DNA from: an uncultured Coriobacteriaceae bacterium
GTDB lineage: Bacteria; Actinomycetota; Coriobacteriia; Coriobacteriales; UMGS124
Length of the DNA: 64,000 nucleotides
Assembly (NCBI GenBank): GCA_900539345.1
Contig: UQBS01000006.1
Location: 13,904 to 77,903 of the forward strand
Direction: 5' to 3'
Every line of letters begins with the position of its first letter. Positions within the stretch are counted from its first letter, which is position 1. This document shows, piece after piece, positions 27,015-35,683 of the stretch. A program made the translations under genes and the position numbers. The notes under the pieces are model-generated. The model saw nothing but the letters and a program-made list of their open reading frames with translations, ran no database searches and was not told the DNA's origin.

Positions 27015-27214
27015 GTGCAAAATCCCCTTTCGAATGGGTTGGTTGGCGGTGGTTGTCCGTACACCGCTTGACGCCATCCGACTCTAGGGGTTGCCTTGTA
27101 CGACTGGGAATAAACTATGTCAGGGAATTTGGTTGAAGGGTATAAACCAGACCATAATCTTCCCAGGTCAAGATGGGTTTTGTATAAATGCAGCTGCTTG
27201 CTCACGGCCTTGAC

Positions 27215-27784
27215 CTAGTCGCTCATTTCGGCGAGCAGCTTCCATAGGCCGCCCTTGTCGTCGAAGGTGCGGTAGGTGTCGCCGTCGCGCAGGTTGTGGG
27301 CGTTGAACTCCACGGTGAGCGTCGAGCCGTCGTCGAGCGTAAAGACGAGCGTGTCGTCGTAGTCGCTTGAAATCATGTCTACAGCATCGCCTGCCTCGCC
27401 CTTGAGGTACGCCTCGTAGATCTTCTGGGCAAGGTCGGCGCTCTTCACAGTGTGGGTCTGCATCGTCTCGTGAGCCTCGATGTGCTCCAGGGCAACCGCC
27501 TTGGCTGCTTGAATTGCTTGTCCACTCTGGTTGTCATCGGCTTGTTTTGCCTGGTCGGCCTGGGTGCTTTGGCTGCTCGGGGTGTTTTGGGCATCCTGCT
27601 CTACCTTGGTGCCCTGAAGTGCCTGCGTGTTTTGGGCGCTCGAGCTCGCCGCCCCCTCGCCTCCTGCCTGCTGCGTTTGCCCTGCGTTTTCCGGCGTGCA
27701 GCCAGCAAGGCAGCCGGCGAAGAGCAGGGCCGACATGCAAGCGCCAATCCCGAAGACATGCGTGCGCGCGTCGTTCCGTTTCAT
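27215..27784 (-). CDS. hypothetical lipoprotein with a Gln/Ala-rich linker
   Basis: Lipobox-like MSALLFAGCLAGC. SD AGGAGG lies 6 nt upstream and overlaps the stop codon of the upstream regulator gene. Confidence 0.7.
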   Translation of the reverse strand: MKRNDARTHVFGIGACMSALLFAGCLAGCTPENAGQTQQAGGEGAASSSAQNTQALQGTKVEQDAQNTPSSQSTQADQAKQADDNQSGQAIQAAKAVALEHIEAHETMQTHTVKSADLAQKIYEAYLKGEAGDAVDMISSDYDDTLVFTLDDGSTLTVEFNAHNLRDGDTYRTFDDKGGLWKLLAEMSD

Positions 27785-27794
27785 CGTCGGCCTC

Positions 27795-29588
27795 CTATTT
27801 CACGACGGGCATCTCGAAGTGCTCAAATGCCTCCACCATCTTCTTGTGGCGCAGGACAAAGTGCACTGCGGGGGAGGTGTTCTTGGACACGAGCACCCAC
27901 CCATCCGGGCGCACGGTGATCTGAATGTTGCGAAAGCCCAGGTCAGGTCCCCATGCGAGGTGCCATGTGGGGTGTGCCGCCGCGAACGCCTCGGTCTGCT
28001 CGATGTGCTTGCGGTAGGTTTGGGCACCATAGGGAACGCTGTGTGCGCAAAACGCCTCGCCCAGCGCCAGGTGGGCGGAGGCGGCGCCGAGGTTGCTCTC
28101 GTCCACGCGCGATATGGTGACGACGGTCTCGCCGTGGGCGAGCTCGCTTTCGGCGCGTGCAAGCTGTGCCGCACGCGTCATACGAACCCGCTGTGCTTCC
28201 GCCTCGTCGAGTGTTGAGGCGGCAATCGCCTCTTCGAGCAGCTCTTCACTCATGGTATAGAGGGGAGGCGCCGACATGACGTGCATGCGCTCGCCGCTTT
28301 GCGCAGCCTCATGCATCAGGAAAGCGGCCAGCTCGCCCGCTTGCTGCGCGGTATAGACGTTTGCGAGGGGCTTGGCGGTTGCAAGCAAGTCGTTTGCGCG
28401 CTGTCTGAAATGAGCGACCGTCCCCTCGTCGCGGAAAAGCTGACAGCCCACGTGTTCATATGCGCCCGCAACGGCCTGGCCTTCGAGCGCCGCCGTCTGC
28501 GACGAGCGCACGAGGTGCGCGAACGGTCCCGTTGGCTGCGAGGGCAGGTAGTAAGGCCGTACCATGCCGGTCATATACAGGGGAAGCCATGCCTCCAGCC
28601 CGAGCATCATCTCGGGCAGGCCGCGTCCCACGTTGTGGATGTTGTCGATGGGGTGTCCCGTGCGCAGCAGCACCGCGAGGGCGGCTATCCATCGAGCAGG
28701 AAACTCGGGCTTGGCTTGCATTTTGTCTTGCATGGGCATGTCGGAGAACATGACGACGGAACTGCCTGCGGGCTCGGTCGCCGCAGCGGCGAGAAAGTCC
28801 AGCTCGGCCTGACAAAAGCCGTCGACGCCTGCGTAAAACGTGTAGAGCGCTTCCGTCGCGGTGTTCTTCCGCGCCTCCTTGCCAGTCTTGCCCGCGGCCG
28901 CTTCTTGTGCGCGCGCCGCCTGCATTGCTGCCAGGTAGGTGTCGAGGTTGAAGGTGTCGAGCTTGCGCAGGAACGGCTCGATGCTCGACTGGGGCTGTGC
29001 GTCCTGCTCGGCTTGCAGCCAAGCCGAAGTGAGCGTGGCGAGCGCCTCCAAGGCACCTTCGCCTCGCGTGTCCATCTCGGAAACGACGTCCCCGTCAGCC
29101 CTGGCCGCCTCTTTGCACAAGGCGAGCAACGCGTTCTGTGCATTTGCGCCAAGAGCCCTCTCGGCAAAGAATGTGCCCGCTGCCTGGGCAAACTCGTCGA
29201 AGTTCGAGACGTTGCGGGTCTGGGAGCACACGCGGGAGATGTAGGAGGGGCTGTATCCCAGCGCTTCAGCGAGTTTGGCGCGCGTCACACCGAAGGCGTC
29301 GAGCAAGGCCGTGAGCTTGGCTCCCGCCCCCTGCGGGGTCTGGCTGCGCGAGCCTGCAAGCAGGGCCTCGCATATCTTGTCGGCGTCGAGCGCGCGGCCC
29401 TTCTCCTGTGCTAGCTTGCACAGGGCCAGCGCAATCTCCCGTGCCGGAAGCGACCCTGCATCGGGCGTGCGCGTGCCGGCAAGGTAGCGGCTTACCGTGG
29501 AAGCGGACATGCCGCAGGCTTGTGCCAGCTCTTTGCCCGTGCAGCCAGCTTCGTCCATGCAACGCCTCAACACCTGCGAGAACTCCAT
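27795..29588 (-). CDS. large transcriptional regulator with two N-terminal XRE-type HTH modules and an uncharacterised ~400-aa C-terminal domain
   Basis: HTH 1: CTGKELAQACGMSASTVSRYLAGTRTP. HTH 2: VTRAKLAEALGYSPSYISRVCSQTRNV. The ATG at 29588 follows AAAGGGGGA. The 57-codon extension in the ORF track was trimmed. Confidence 0.75.
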   Translation of the reverse strand: MEFSQVLRRCMDEAGCTGKELAQACGMSASTVSRYLAGTRTPDAGSLPAREIALALCKLAQEKGRALDADKICEALLAGSRSQTPQGAGAKLTALLDAFGVTRAKLAEALGYSPSYISRVCSQTRNVSNFDEFAQAAGTFFAERALGANAQNALLALCKEAARADGDVVSEMDTRGEGALEALATLTSAWLQAEQDAQPQSSIEPFLRKLDTFNLDTYLAAMQAARAQEAAAGKTGKEARKNTATEALYTFYAGVDGFCQAELDFLAAAATEPAGSSVVMFSDMPMQDKMQAKPEFPARWIAALAVLLRTGHPIDNIHNVGRGLPEMMLGLEAWLPLYMTGMVRPYYLPSQPTGPFAHLVRSSQTAALEGQAVAGAYEHVGCQLFRDEGTVAHFRQRANDLLATAKPLANVYTAQQAGELAAFLMHEAAQSGERMHVMSAPPLYTMSEELLEEAIAASTLDEAEAQRVRMTRAAQLARAESELAHGETVVTISRVDESNLGAASAHLALGEAFCAHSVPYGAQTYRKHIEQTEAFAAAHPTWHLAWGPDLGFRNIQITVRPDGWVLVSKNTSPAVHFVLRHKKMVEAFEHFEMPVVK

Positions 29589-29776
29589 GGCATCCCCCTT
29601 TGAGCCAAGATTCTTGGTGCCATCAGTATAGAGCCCCTCGCCCGGCAACAGGTTCGTCCGTCTGCCGACGGTTGCATACAGCAGCGCGTGCTTCTTGGTG
29701 CCAAGCGCCGCCGGATACGCTATAGTGCATGCCATGCGCAAGAGACGCACACCGACCATAGAAAGGGGATACCCGC

Positions 29777-31015
29777 ATGAAGATGAAGCCGTTCCAGCTG
29801 GACGCCATCCTCAAAGAGCTCGCGACCATTCAGGAGCGCAGCCCGTTCTACGCCAAGAAGTTCGCGGGCATCGATATGTCTACCATCCGCACGCAGGAGG
29901 ACTTCGAGAAGCTTCCCTTCTCCGAGAAGGCAGACCTGCGTGAGGCGTATCCCCTGGGAATCCAGGCGGTTCCCGACGAAGAAGTCGTTCGCATCCACTC
30001 CTCTTCGGGCACGACCGGTACCCCCGTCATCATTCCTTACACCCAGAAGGACGTTGACGACTGGACCGAGATGTTCGCCCGCTGCTACCGTGCCATCGGC
30101 TGCACGAGCAAAGACCGCATTCACATCACTCCTGGTTATGGCCTGTGGACTGCAGGCATCGGCTTTCAGTTGGGTGCCGAGCGCATGGGCGCCATGGCCA
30201 TCCCCATGGGCCCGGGCAACACCGAGAAGCAGCTGCGCATGATGGAGGACCTGCAGTCCACCGTTCTGTGCGCCACCTCGTCGTACGCCCTGCTTCTCGC
30301 CGAGCGCATCGCCCAGGAAGGCATCCGCGACAAGCTCGCCCTCACCAAGGGCCTCATTGGTTCGGAGCGCTGGGGCAAGAAGATGCGCGAGCGCATCGCC
30401 GACGAGCTGGGCGTGAAGCTCTACGACATCTACGGCCTCACCGAGATTTACGGCCCCGGCGTGGGTGTGAGCTGCGACTATGACTGCGGCATCCATGTGT
30501 GGGACGACTATGTGTACGTGGAGGTCGTCGACCCTAAGACGGGCAAGAACCTGCCCGACGGTGAGGTGGGCGAGCTCGTGATCACTACGCTCGTCAAGGA
30601 AGGCGCGCCGCTCATTCGCTACCGCACGCACGACCTGTCGAGCATCATCCCCGGCGAGTGCCAGTGCGGGTGCGAGCACACCCGCATCTCCCAGCTTGTG
30701 GGCCGTACCGACGACATGTTCAAGGTCAAGGGCGTCAACATGTTCCCCGCCCAGGTGGAGGAGGTCTGTGCCGCTGTTGACGGCGTGAGCAGCGAGTACC
30801 AGGTCATGATCGACCACCTTGCTGGCAAGGACATCATGACCGTGTACTTCGAGTGCGACTCTGCCGACCCGCTTGTGCGTCGCGATATCGAGGCCACGAT
30901 GGTCGAGACGTTCAAGAACCGCATCGGCATCACCATCGTTCCCAAGGCCGTGGGCATCGGCGACCTTCCCCGCTCGGAGAAGAAGTCCACGCGCATTTAC
31001 GACAACCGCTACTAA
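29777..31015 (+). CDS. phenylacetate-CoA ligase family protein (PaaK-like adenylate-forming enzyme)
   Basis: N-terminus ...FYAKKFAGIDMSTIRTQEDFEKLPFSEKADLREAYP. AMP motif SSGTTGTPV, plus YGLTE. Its size of 412 aa is typical of PaaK. Confidence 0.88.
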   Translation: MKMKPFQLDAILKELATIQERSPFYAKKFAGIDMSTIRTQEDFEKLPFSEKADLREAYPLGIQAVPDEEVVRIHSSSGTTGTPVIIPYTQKDVDDWTEMFARCYRAIGCTSKDRIHITPGYGLWTAGIGFQLGAERMGAMAIPMGPGNTEKQLRMMEDLQSTVLCATSSYALLLAERIAQEGIRDKLALTKGLIGSERWGKKMRERIADELGVKLYDIYGLTEIYGPGVGVSCDYDCGIHVWDDYVYVEVVDPKTGKNLPDGEVGELVITTLVKEGAPLIRYRTHDLSSIIPGECQCGCEHTRISQLVGRTDDMFKVKGVNMFPAQVEEVCAAVDGVSSEYQVMIDHLAGKDIMTVYFECDSADPLVRRDIEATMVETFKNRIGITIVPKAVGIGDLPRSEKKSTRIYDNRY

Positions 31016-31180
31016 GGCGGGCTGCATCGGGTTTTGGGGGCGCCTCGCGCACATGCGGGGCGCCCCTTCTCATGTCCGTTTGCCGCGATGCGTCTATGCG
31101 CGCCGCTTTGCAGGTACAATGACCCAGACTGTGTCCCGACCTTGTGGGCGGGCGCTACCTATGTGAGAGGGAGAACACCC

Positions 31181-31447
31181 ATGATCGAGACCGACTTCAC
31201 CCCCAAGGGCGTGTGCGCCCGCAACATCCACGTCGTTCTTTCCGACGACGGCAAGACCATCGAGTCCGTTGAGTTCACCAATGGCTGCAACGGCAACCTC
31301 AAGGCCATCGCCAAGCTCGTGAAGGGCGCGCCTGTTGACGAGATCGTTGGCAAGATTGCCGGCAATACCTGCGGCAACCGCCCCACCTCTTGCGCTGACC
31401 AGCTTTCCATCGCCCTGCGCGAGGCCCAGGCTCTCGCCAACGAGTAA
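31181..31447 (+). CDS. TSCPD-domain small protein (TIGR03905-like, conserved Cys pairs)
   Basis: 88 aa: FTNGCNGNLKAIAKLVKGAPVDEIVGKIAGNTCGNRPTSCADQLSIAL. The ATG at 31181 follows GAGAGGGAGAA. Confidence 0.8.
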   Translation: MIETDFTPKGVCARNIHVVLSDDGKTIESVEFTNGCNGNLKAIAKLVKGAPVDEIVGKIAGNTCGNRPTSCADQLSIALREAQALANE

Positions 31448-31456
31448 GCACTCGCC

Positions 31457-31912
31457 ATGCTTGTTTCCACCAGGGGCCGCTACGGCATGCGCATGATGAT
31501 CGACATCGCCCGCCATCAGGGTCAGGGCCGTGTCGCGCTGCGCGAGATAGGCGAGCGCCAGGGTATCTCCGTCAAGTACCTCGAACAGCTTGCGCGTGCC
31601 TTGTGTGCCGCGGGCTTGCTTGAGGGCAGCCGCGGCCAGGGCGGTGGTTATGTCCTGGCAAAGTCGGCTGACGACATCACGGCCGGTCAGATCCTGCGTG
31701 CAACGGAAGGCTCCACTGCCCCCGTGTCGTGCCTGACGGGCGATGAGGAGTGCCCCCGACAGGCAGACTGTGAGACAAACGCCTTCTGGGTGGGCCTCAA
31801 CAAGCTCATCAGCGCCTATGTCAACGGCTATTCCCTGGCCGATTTGGTCAACGATTCGCAGGGTACGGGTCTCACTCCCGGCTCATGCATCGGCGCCAAC
31901 CATAGGGGATAG
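31457..31912 (+). CDS. Rrf2-family transcriptional regulator
   Basis: MLVSTRGRYGMRMMIDIARHQGQGRVALREIGERQGISVKYLEQLARAL...GGGYVLA. Cys cluster: VSCL..CPRQADCE. Confidence 0.88.
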   Translation: MLVSTRGRYGMRMMIDIARHQGQGRVALREIGERQGISVKYLEQLARALCAAGLLEGSRGQGGGYVLAKSADDITAGQILRATEGSTAPVSCLTGDEECPRQADCETNAFWVGLNKLISAYVNGYSLADLVNDSQGTGLTPGSCIGANHRG

Positions 31913-31917
31913 CTGAG

Positions 31918-33138
31918 ATGTCCGACGTTTCGCTAGAAGATGACGAGACGCTCGAGCAGGGCGAAGGCGAGGCGCCCCAGGAGCAGGAGCCTGCCCCTGT
32001 TGAGCCCATCGACGCGTCGAACCAGCTCAATTCCGACGGCGTTCCCTATGGCGAGCCCGACGATGACGGCAATGTCGCCGTCATCGCGAGCTTCATGGAC
32101 ATCATGGACGAGGTGGATTACGTCCCCGACGCCTCGTTTACCCTGCCTGCGGGATGCGTGCCGTATGTGTCGTGCGATAACTGGGCTGCCGTGGTGCAGG
32201 CCAACACCGACGGGCGCACGTTCACGCGCCTGGGATGCCTCGACCTCAACACGGGCGATTACACTGTTTTGCTCGAGGAGGGCATAACGGGGCAGGGCTA
32301 CGCGGTGAGCGAGGCTCGCATCACCGATGACCTGGTGACATGGGTGGAGGTGCACAACTCCACCGACGACTGGGCCTTCTATGCCTGTCGTTTCACGGGG
32401 GCGCCTATCACGCTCACCTCGGCCGGTCTTGTCAAACTGGGCGAAGGCGACTCCGAATGGCTCGCCCCCTCTTTTGATGCTTCCGGTAGCCAGGTGGTGT
32501 GGCAGGTCATGCCCGATCCATCCGGGTCGCACTCCAAGGAACATTCGCACGCCTACGTGTGGACCCTGGGTTCCTCGGAGGGCACCGAGGTCTGGGACTC
32601 ACCGGGCCGCTTTGCCTGTGCGCCCTCCATCTCCGACGGTGTGCTCACCATCGCGCCGCGCGTGAAGGCCGATGAGGGCGTCTACTACGGGATAACAGCC
32701 CTGTCCATGGCAGGGCAGCGGGCTCAAATCGACCAGCTCGTAATGCCCGCGTCGGTCAAGCCGTTCTTCGCGACCTACACGAGTCTGGGGTTTGCCTTCA
32801 GCGTCGAGGCGAACTACGGCTACGGCGGTCTTCTCGGTTCCATGGGATATTACATCGGACCTGGCGAGGGCCCTTATCACTATGTCGTGCGTGAGCCGGG
32901 GGCCCAGATCTGCCAGGTCGGCGGGCTGCTCGTCGTGAAGAGCCGCATGTCGTATTTCGTCGTCGACGTTGCGCGCATGACGTACGCGCGCATCACGGCG
33001 GCCAACGGCTGTACCGACTTTGGCGATTACCCTGCCACGCAGGGAGTTGTTAACAAGTTTGTAACGTTTGCCACTATAAAAGATGGCACTTCAGGGATAC
33101 CTTCCAGCGTATTGGCAAGGATTTTTTCGCTTTCGTAG
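31918..33138 (+). CDS. hypothetical protein (acidic N-terminus, beta-rich body, no signal peptide)
   Basis: 406-aa ORF with SD AGGGGA. Its codon usage is similar to neighbouring genes. No recognisable motif. Confidence 0.6.
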   Translation: MSDVSLEDDETLEQGEGEAPQEQEPAPVEPIDASNQLNSDGVPYGEPDDDGNVAVIASFMDIMDEVDYVPDASFTLPAGCVPYVSCDNWAAVVQANTDGRTFTRLGCLDLNTGDYTVLLEEGITGQGYAVSEARITDDLVTWVEVHNSTDDWAFYACRFTGAPITLTSAGLVKLGEGDSEWLAPSFDASGSQVVWQVMPDPSGSHSKEHSHAYVWTLGSSEGTEVWDSPGRFACAPSISDGVLTIAPRVKADEGVYYGITALSMAGQRAQIDQLVMPASVKPFFATYTSLGFAFSVEANYGYGGLLGSMGYYIGPGEGPYHYVVREPGAQICQVGGLLVVKSRMSYFVVDVARMTYARITAANGCTDFGDYPATQGVVNKFVTFATIKDGTSGIPSSVLARIFSLS

Positions 33139-33250
33139 GGTATACTAAACTTCGACTATGTATTTGTGACTGCGTGGTCGCGCGCGGCTGGTCCATCCAT
33201 GGCAAGCTGCCCCGGTGCGCATTGGATTTCGCTTGCGAAGGAGACTGCCC

Positions 33251-33967
33251 ATGGCACAGGAAAAGTTCAGGATCCTGCTCGTCGAGGATGAGAAGCCCAT
33301 CCGTGACGCGGTGACGGCTTACCTCGAGCGCGAGGAGAAGTATTCTGTCGTGGGTGTGGGCGACGGCCAGTCCGCCGTCGAGGAGTTTGAGAAGCATCAG
33401 TTCGACCTGGTCATCCTCGACCTCATGCTCCCCAAGCTTACCGGCGAGCGCGTTTGCCGCGCCATCCGCGACACCTCCGAGGTGCCGATCATCATGCTGA
33501 CCGCCAAGGGCGAGGTCGACGACCGCATCATCGGCCTGCAGCTCGGCGCTGATGACTACCTGGTCAAGCCCTTCTCGCCCCGCGAGCTCGTTGCTCGCGT
33601 CGGCGCGCTCCTGCGTCGTGCTCGCCAGGATTCCGAGCCCCAGCTCGAGGTTCTCGACTTCGGCGAGCTCGTCATCGACGTCTCCGGCCACAAGGTTTCG
33701 GTCAACAAGCACGAGGTTGAGCTCACTGCCTCCGAGTTCAAGCTCCTCACCACGCTTGCCCGTTACCCTGGCCGCGTCTACACCCGCATGGAGCTCGTCG
33801 AGAAGGTTCTCGGCTACGACTTCGAGGGTTACGAGCGCACCATCGACTCTCACGTCAAGAACCTGCGCGCCAAGCTGGGCGATGACCCGCGCAACCCCAA
33901 GTGGCTCTACACCGTCCATGGCGTGGGCTATCGTTTCGAGGCCCCCAAGAAGGACGACGCCGAGTAG
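33251..33967 (+). CDS. OmpR/PhoB-family response regulator
   Basis: Receiver domain FRILLVEDE...DLVILDLMLP. Winged helix LTASEFKLLTTLARYPGRVYTRMELV...TVHGVGYRFE. SD GAAGGAGA lies upstream. Confidence 0.92.
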   Translation: MAQEKFRILLVEDEKPIRDAVTAYLEREEKYSVVGVGDGQSAVEEFEKHQFDLVILDLMLPKLTGERVCRAIRDTSEVPIIMLTAKGEVDDRIIGLQLGADDYLVKPFSPRELVARVGALLRRARQDSEPQLEVLDFGELVIDVSGHKVSVNKHEVELTASEFKLLTTLARYPGRVYTRMELVEKVLGYDFEGYERTIDSHVKNLRAKLGDDPRNPKWLYTVHGVGYRFEAPKKDDAE

Positions 33968-34109
33968 GCAAGTCACCCTTTTGCACCAGCCCTGCGCCGG
34001 GCGTCTGGCCATATGGCTCGACGTTCGGCGTTTTTTGTTGCGGCCACCTGCCTGCGCATGAGGCCGCGCCTTGTATTGTCAGATCTACTCTTGATTCGAG
34101 GTAAGAGCC

Positions 34110-35558
34110 ATGGCGGGGGAGAAGCCGCGCGCTTCGCAGAATTCCAAGCTGAGTTTTAGGGCACGCGTTGCGACGGGCTTCGCCGTCGTCGCGGTCCTTA
34201 CGACGATTCTGTTCGTGGTGGTGCTGAGTATCTCGTGGAACGAGGAGTTCCACAACTACACGCGCTCCACGCTTGAGGAGCTTGCCGACTCCACTGCCGC
34301 CACCCTTGAGCGCTCCTATGCCAACAAGGGATATTGGACGGCTTCCGATTTAGAGACCGCTGCCTCTAGCGCCGAGTCGCTCGAGGACATCGGTGTGCAG
34401 ATTTGCGACGCCAAGAAGACGGCTGTGTACGACTCCACGCTTGCTGCTTCGGGTCAGACAGCCAACTCCTACGCGACCGACATGTCGCTGGCGCCTGCCG
34501 CCTCGCAGATGGTGAGCGTCGATGTGCACGGGCGCTCCGGCGAGAAGGTCGGCACCGTGTCGGTGTGGGTGTACGGTTCGGAGTACCTGCTTACCCAGCG
34601 TGATGAGTCCTTCCGCACTGGCTCGTTCAAGGCCATCGGCGTTGCCGGCGTTGCTTCCGTTCTGCTTGCACTTGTCTTGGGATTCGTCATTTCCCGCGTG
34701 CTCACAACTCCTGTGCGCACCATTTCCCACACGGCTGCCCGCATCAAGGAAGGTGAGCTCTCCGCCCGCTGCGGCGTCAGGGGCAAGGACGACCTGGGTC
34801 AGCTCGGCGAGACGTTCGACGAGATGGCCGAGAAGATTGAGAACGACCGCGAGCTCGAGCGCCGCCTCACCAACGACATGGCCCACGAGCTGCGCACCCC
34901 GCTCATGAGCATGCTTGCCACCGTCGAGGCCATGCAGGACGGCGTCTACGCGTGCGACCAGGAGCATCTGGCGCTCGTGCGCAGCGAAATCACGCGTCTG
35001 TCGCGCCTGGTCGATGGCATGCTGTCGCTGTCGCGCCTGGAGAACGGCTCGGTGCATATGGACATCGTCCCCACCGACGCGGTCGAGCTTGTGGCCGGCA
35101 TCACAGCCACCCACAAGGCCATGCTCGACGAGGTGGGCCTTGACCTGCGATTTGAGAATGCCTGCGACACCGACGAGCTTGTGGTGGAGCTTGATCGCGA
35201 CACCATCACCCAGGCAGTGACCAACTTCATTTCCAACGCCATGCGTTACACGCCTGCCCCCGGTACCGTGACGGTGCGTGTAAGGCGCGACGGCAACGAT
35301 GCGCTCATCAGCGTGCAGGACACGGGCATCGGCATTGCCAAGGAAGACATCTCCCGCGTGTTCGGTCGCTTCTGGCGCGCCGAGGAGAGCCGCAACCGTG
35401 CCAAGGGTGGCCTGGGCGTGGGCCTTGCCGTCACGAAGGAGATCGTCGACCGTCACCACGGTAAGATCGAGGTCGACTCCACCCAGGGCGTGGGCACGAC
35501 GTTCACCTTGCGCCTGCCCCTCAAACAGCCCAAGATCAAGCAGTCCAAGGAAGACTAG
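34110..35558 (+). CDS. sensor histidine kinase (two TM segments, HAMP, HisKA, HATPase)
   Basis: H-box MAHELRTPLMSM. HATPase blocks NAMRYTP, QDTGIGI and GGLGVGLAVTKEIV. Confidence 0.9.
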   Translation: MAGEKPRASQNSKLSFRARVATGFAVVAVLTTILFVVVLSISWNEEFHNYTRSTLEELADSTAATLERSYANKGYWTASDLETAASSAESLEDIGVQICDAKKTAVYDSTLAASGQTANSYATDMSLAPAASQMVSVDVHGRSGEKVGTVSVWVYGSEYLLTQRDESFRTGSFKAIGVAGVASVLLALVLGFVISRVLTTPVRTISHTAARIKEGELSARCGVRGKDDLGQLGETFDEMAEKIENDRELERRLTNDMAHELRTPLMSMLATVEAMQDGVYACDQEHLALVRSEITRLSRLVDGMLSLSRLENGSVHMDIVPTDAVELVAGITATHKAMLDEVGLDLRFENACDTDELVVELDRDTITQAVTNFISNAMRYTPAPGTVTVRVRRDGNDALISVQDTGIGIAKEDISRVFGRFWRAEESRNRAKGGLGVGLAVTKEIVDRHHGKIEVDSTQGVGTTFTLRLPLKQPKIKQSKED

Positions 35559-35683
35559 GCGCGGTTTTTCTATAGAAAGCCGTGTTGCGTCACCCAGGCG
35601 CTGGCATGGCATTAAATAATCAGTCGGTTGAGCAACTGGTTCGTGTGGCGGCGCCAGGGCCGCCCACGGTGAGAGGAGAAGCA

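Noticed and set aside
25371-27071. 566-aa plus-strand ORF that mirrors the minus-strand flavoprotein ORF almost exactly.
   Set aside because: Only the minus-strand product has a Tat leader, a GxGxxG FAD fold and an SD-preceded ATG. The plus-strand product is Gly/Val/Ala/Asp/His-rich noise.
35559-35683. ZTP (pfl) or purine riboswitch in the purC leader.
   Set aside because: The stretch ACTGGTTCGTGTGGCGGCGCCAGGGCCGCCCACGG looks superficially similar. However, the conserved GGGUCGUGAC..CCGGG and 3' CCGCCUGGGC elements are not present. A cmsearch run would be needed to overturn this.
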